A DNA stretch of 41,602 bases from Candidatus Krumholzibacteriia bacterium. GTDB lineage: Bacteria > Krumholzibacteriota > Krumholzibacteriia > WVZY01. This document shows, in pieces, positions 40,577 through 41,602 of the stretch. The stretch is taken from contig JBHHVD010000016.1 of the NCBI GenBank assembly GCA_046754105.1, positions 1-41,602 on the forward strand. Direction: 5' to 3'. Below the pieces are notes generated by a model. The model worked only from the letters and a program-made list of their open reading frames with translations, did no database searches and had not been told where the DNA came from. A program made the position numbers and the translations under genes. Within the stretch, counting starts at the first letter, position 1. Every line of letters begins with the position of its first letter.

Positions 40577-40959
40577 GAGGCGGATGCAGGGATTGCCCGG
40601 CGGCGGCGCCTCCCACGGATCCTTCCCAGGGGGGACGGCGACGCCAGGACCCACGCCGGGCCGGCGCACCCGGGACCGTGCCGCCGCGGCGCTCACGCGG
40701 GACCGTCGCACCGGCCCCACCACGCCCACCGCGACTCCCGGTGGGCATACGCCTTAACTCACTATGGTATAGCCGGTTAACAAAACAGGCGCACGGATAT
40801 CCCGGCTCCCTCGAAATCGCGTGAAAGAAATCGTGTCCTCGTTCGACACATGGGCGTAGAGTAGGGCCGCTGCCGATTCGGCCCGCCCGCTTGGAGGGTT
40901 CAAGGTACCCGGGCGGTGCCGCGAGGCAGGGAATCTGCGTAGTCTTGAAAGGAGCAATC

Positions 40960-41385
40960 ATGAAGAGATCGAGGTATCTGTGGTTGGCCGTGGCGGTCAC
41001 GTTGGTCGCCGGCGGCGCGGTGACCCTGGCAAACGCCGGGAAGGCCAAGGAAGTTACGGTGATCGGTACCCTTATCGACACCAAGTGTTACGGAATGAAT
41101 CACGATAACGCCGTTGCGGATCATATGACCCCCAAGGGCAAGATGCCGAAGTGCGCGCAGGCCTGCGCCAACATGGGCATTCCCGTGGGCGTTCTGACCA
41201 GCGGCAAGAAAGGCGGAGACGTCTATATCCTCATCACTCCGGCCGCCAGCCTCGCGGACCACATGGCCAAGACGGTAAAGGTCACGGGTATGGCGACCTT
41301 CCAGGGCGCTGTCACGCCGAGCAAGGTGTGGGTGAAGAACGACAAGGGAGCCTGGGACGAAGTCAAGATCGCTACGATGATGTAG
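40960..41385 (+). CDS. small secreted protein with D.KCY / H / CAxxC motif (unknown function)
   Basis: AAAGGAG RBS, Sec signal (MKRSRYLWLAVAVTLVAGG..ANA), G.LIDTKCY..DH..CAQACANMGIPVG. Confidence 0.85.
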   Translation: MKRSRYLWLAVAVTLVAGGAVTLANAGKAKEVTVIGTLIDTKCYGMNHDNAVADHMTPKGKMPKCAQACANMGIPVGVLTSGKKGGDVYILITPAASLADHMAKTVKVTGMATFQGAVTPSKVWVKNDKGAWDEVKIATMM

Positions 41386-41440
41386 CTCTTCCGTTCCCGG
41401 ACGGGCCGAGATGGACCTCGGCGCTGCCGCATCCAGAGCA

Positions 41441-41476
41441 AAAGCCCCGCTCGTTAGTAACGAGCGGGGCTTTCTT
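41441..41476 (+). terminator. bidirectional intrinsic terminator
   Basis: AAAGCCCCGCTCGTT-AGT-AACGAGCGGGGCTTT followed by CTT. Confidence 0.85.
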
Positions 41477-41602
41477 GCGTCGGACGGCTCATTGCCCACG
41501 CAGACTACCCGGCATGGGCGTCGCCTCCCGATCCGAGGCAGGCCCGTAGCCGTTTCCATACTAGAACATATAGAAACGGCTGGACCCCTCCATTTATCGT
41601 GG

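Noticed and set aside
40469..40729. 86-aa minus-strand ORF upstream of the phosphatase
   Set aside because: Low-complexity Pro/Arg composition, no clear RBS, and it overlaps a good extended -10 promoter; likely intergenic.

Overview
High-GC bacterial chromosomal window, mostly housekeeping. The secreted proteins with FlgD/T9SS-like C-terminal domains suggest an FCB-group candidate lineage such as Krumholzibacteria, Latescibacteria or Eisenbacteria; this is inference only. A ~30.5 kb minus-strand run reads glmM, glmS, ridA, tRNA-Sec, DUF5683-like, lepA, lepB, hemW, hrcA, grpE, dnaK, dnaJ, rsmE, yqeY, cvpA, mutS2, dnaG, rpoD, tRNA-Ile2(CAT), zinc-ribbon protein, RNase HI, rnpB, recJ, dtd, maf, mtnA, intradiol-dioxygenase-like, SAM methyltransferase, TPP riboswitch and thiC (cut by the window edge and absent from the ORF track). 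The right ~11 kb holds a candidate sigma54-driven pair (polytopic membrane protein plus vWA/MIDAS lipoprotein), two large secreted proteins with FlgD-like C-termini, a GAF-PP2C phosphatase and a small secreted Cys/His protein. I saw no CRISPR array, integrase or IS. The best novelty candidates are an unannotated attenuator-like leader (promoter, 24-aa CGA-rich uORF, terminator) before the zinc-ribbon gene, the membrane protein/vWA-lipoprotein module, and a candidate sigma54-driven grpE-dnaK unit with an unusually long GrpE. All family calls come from reading motifs by eye; no database search was run.
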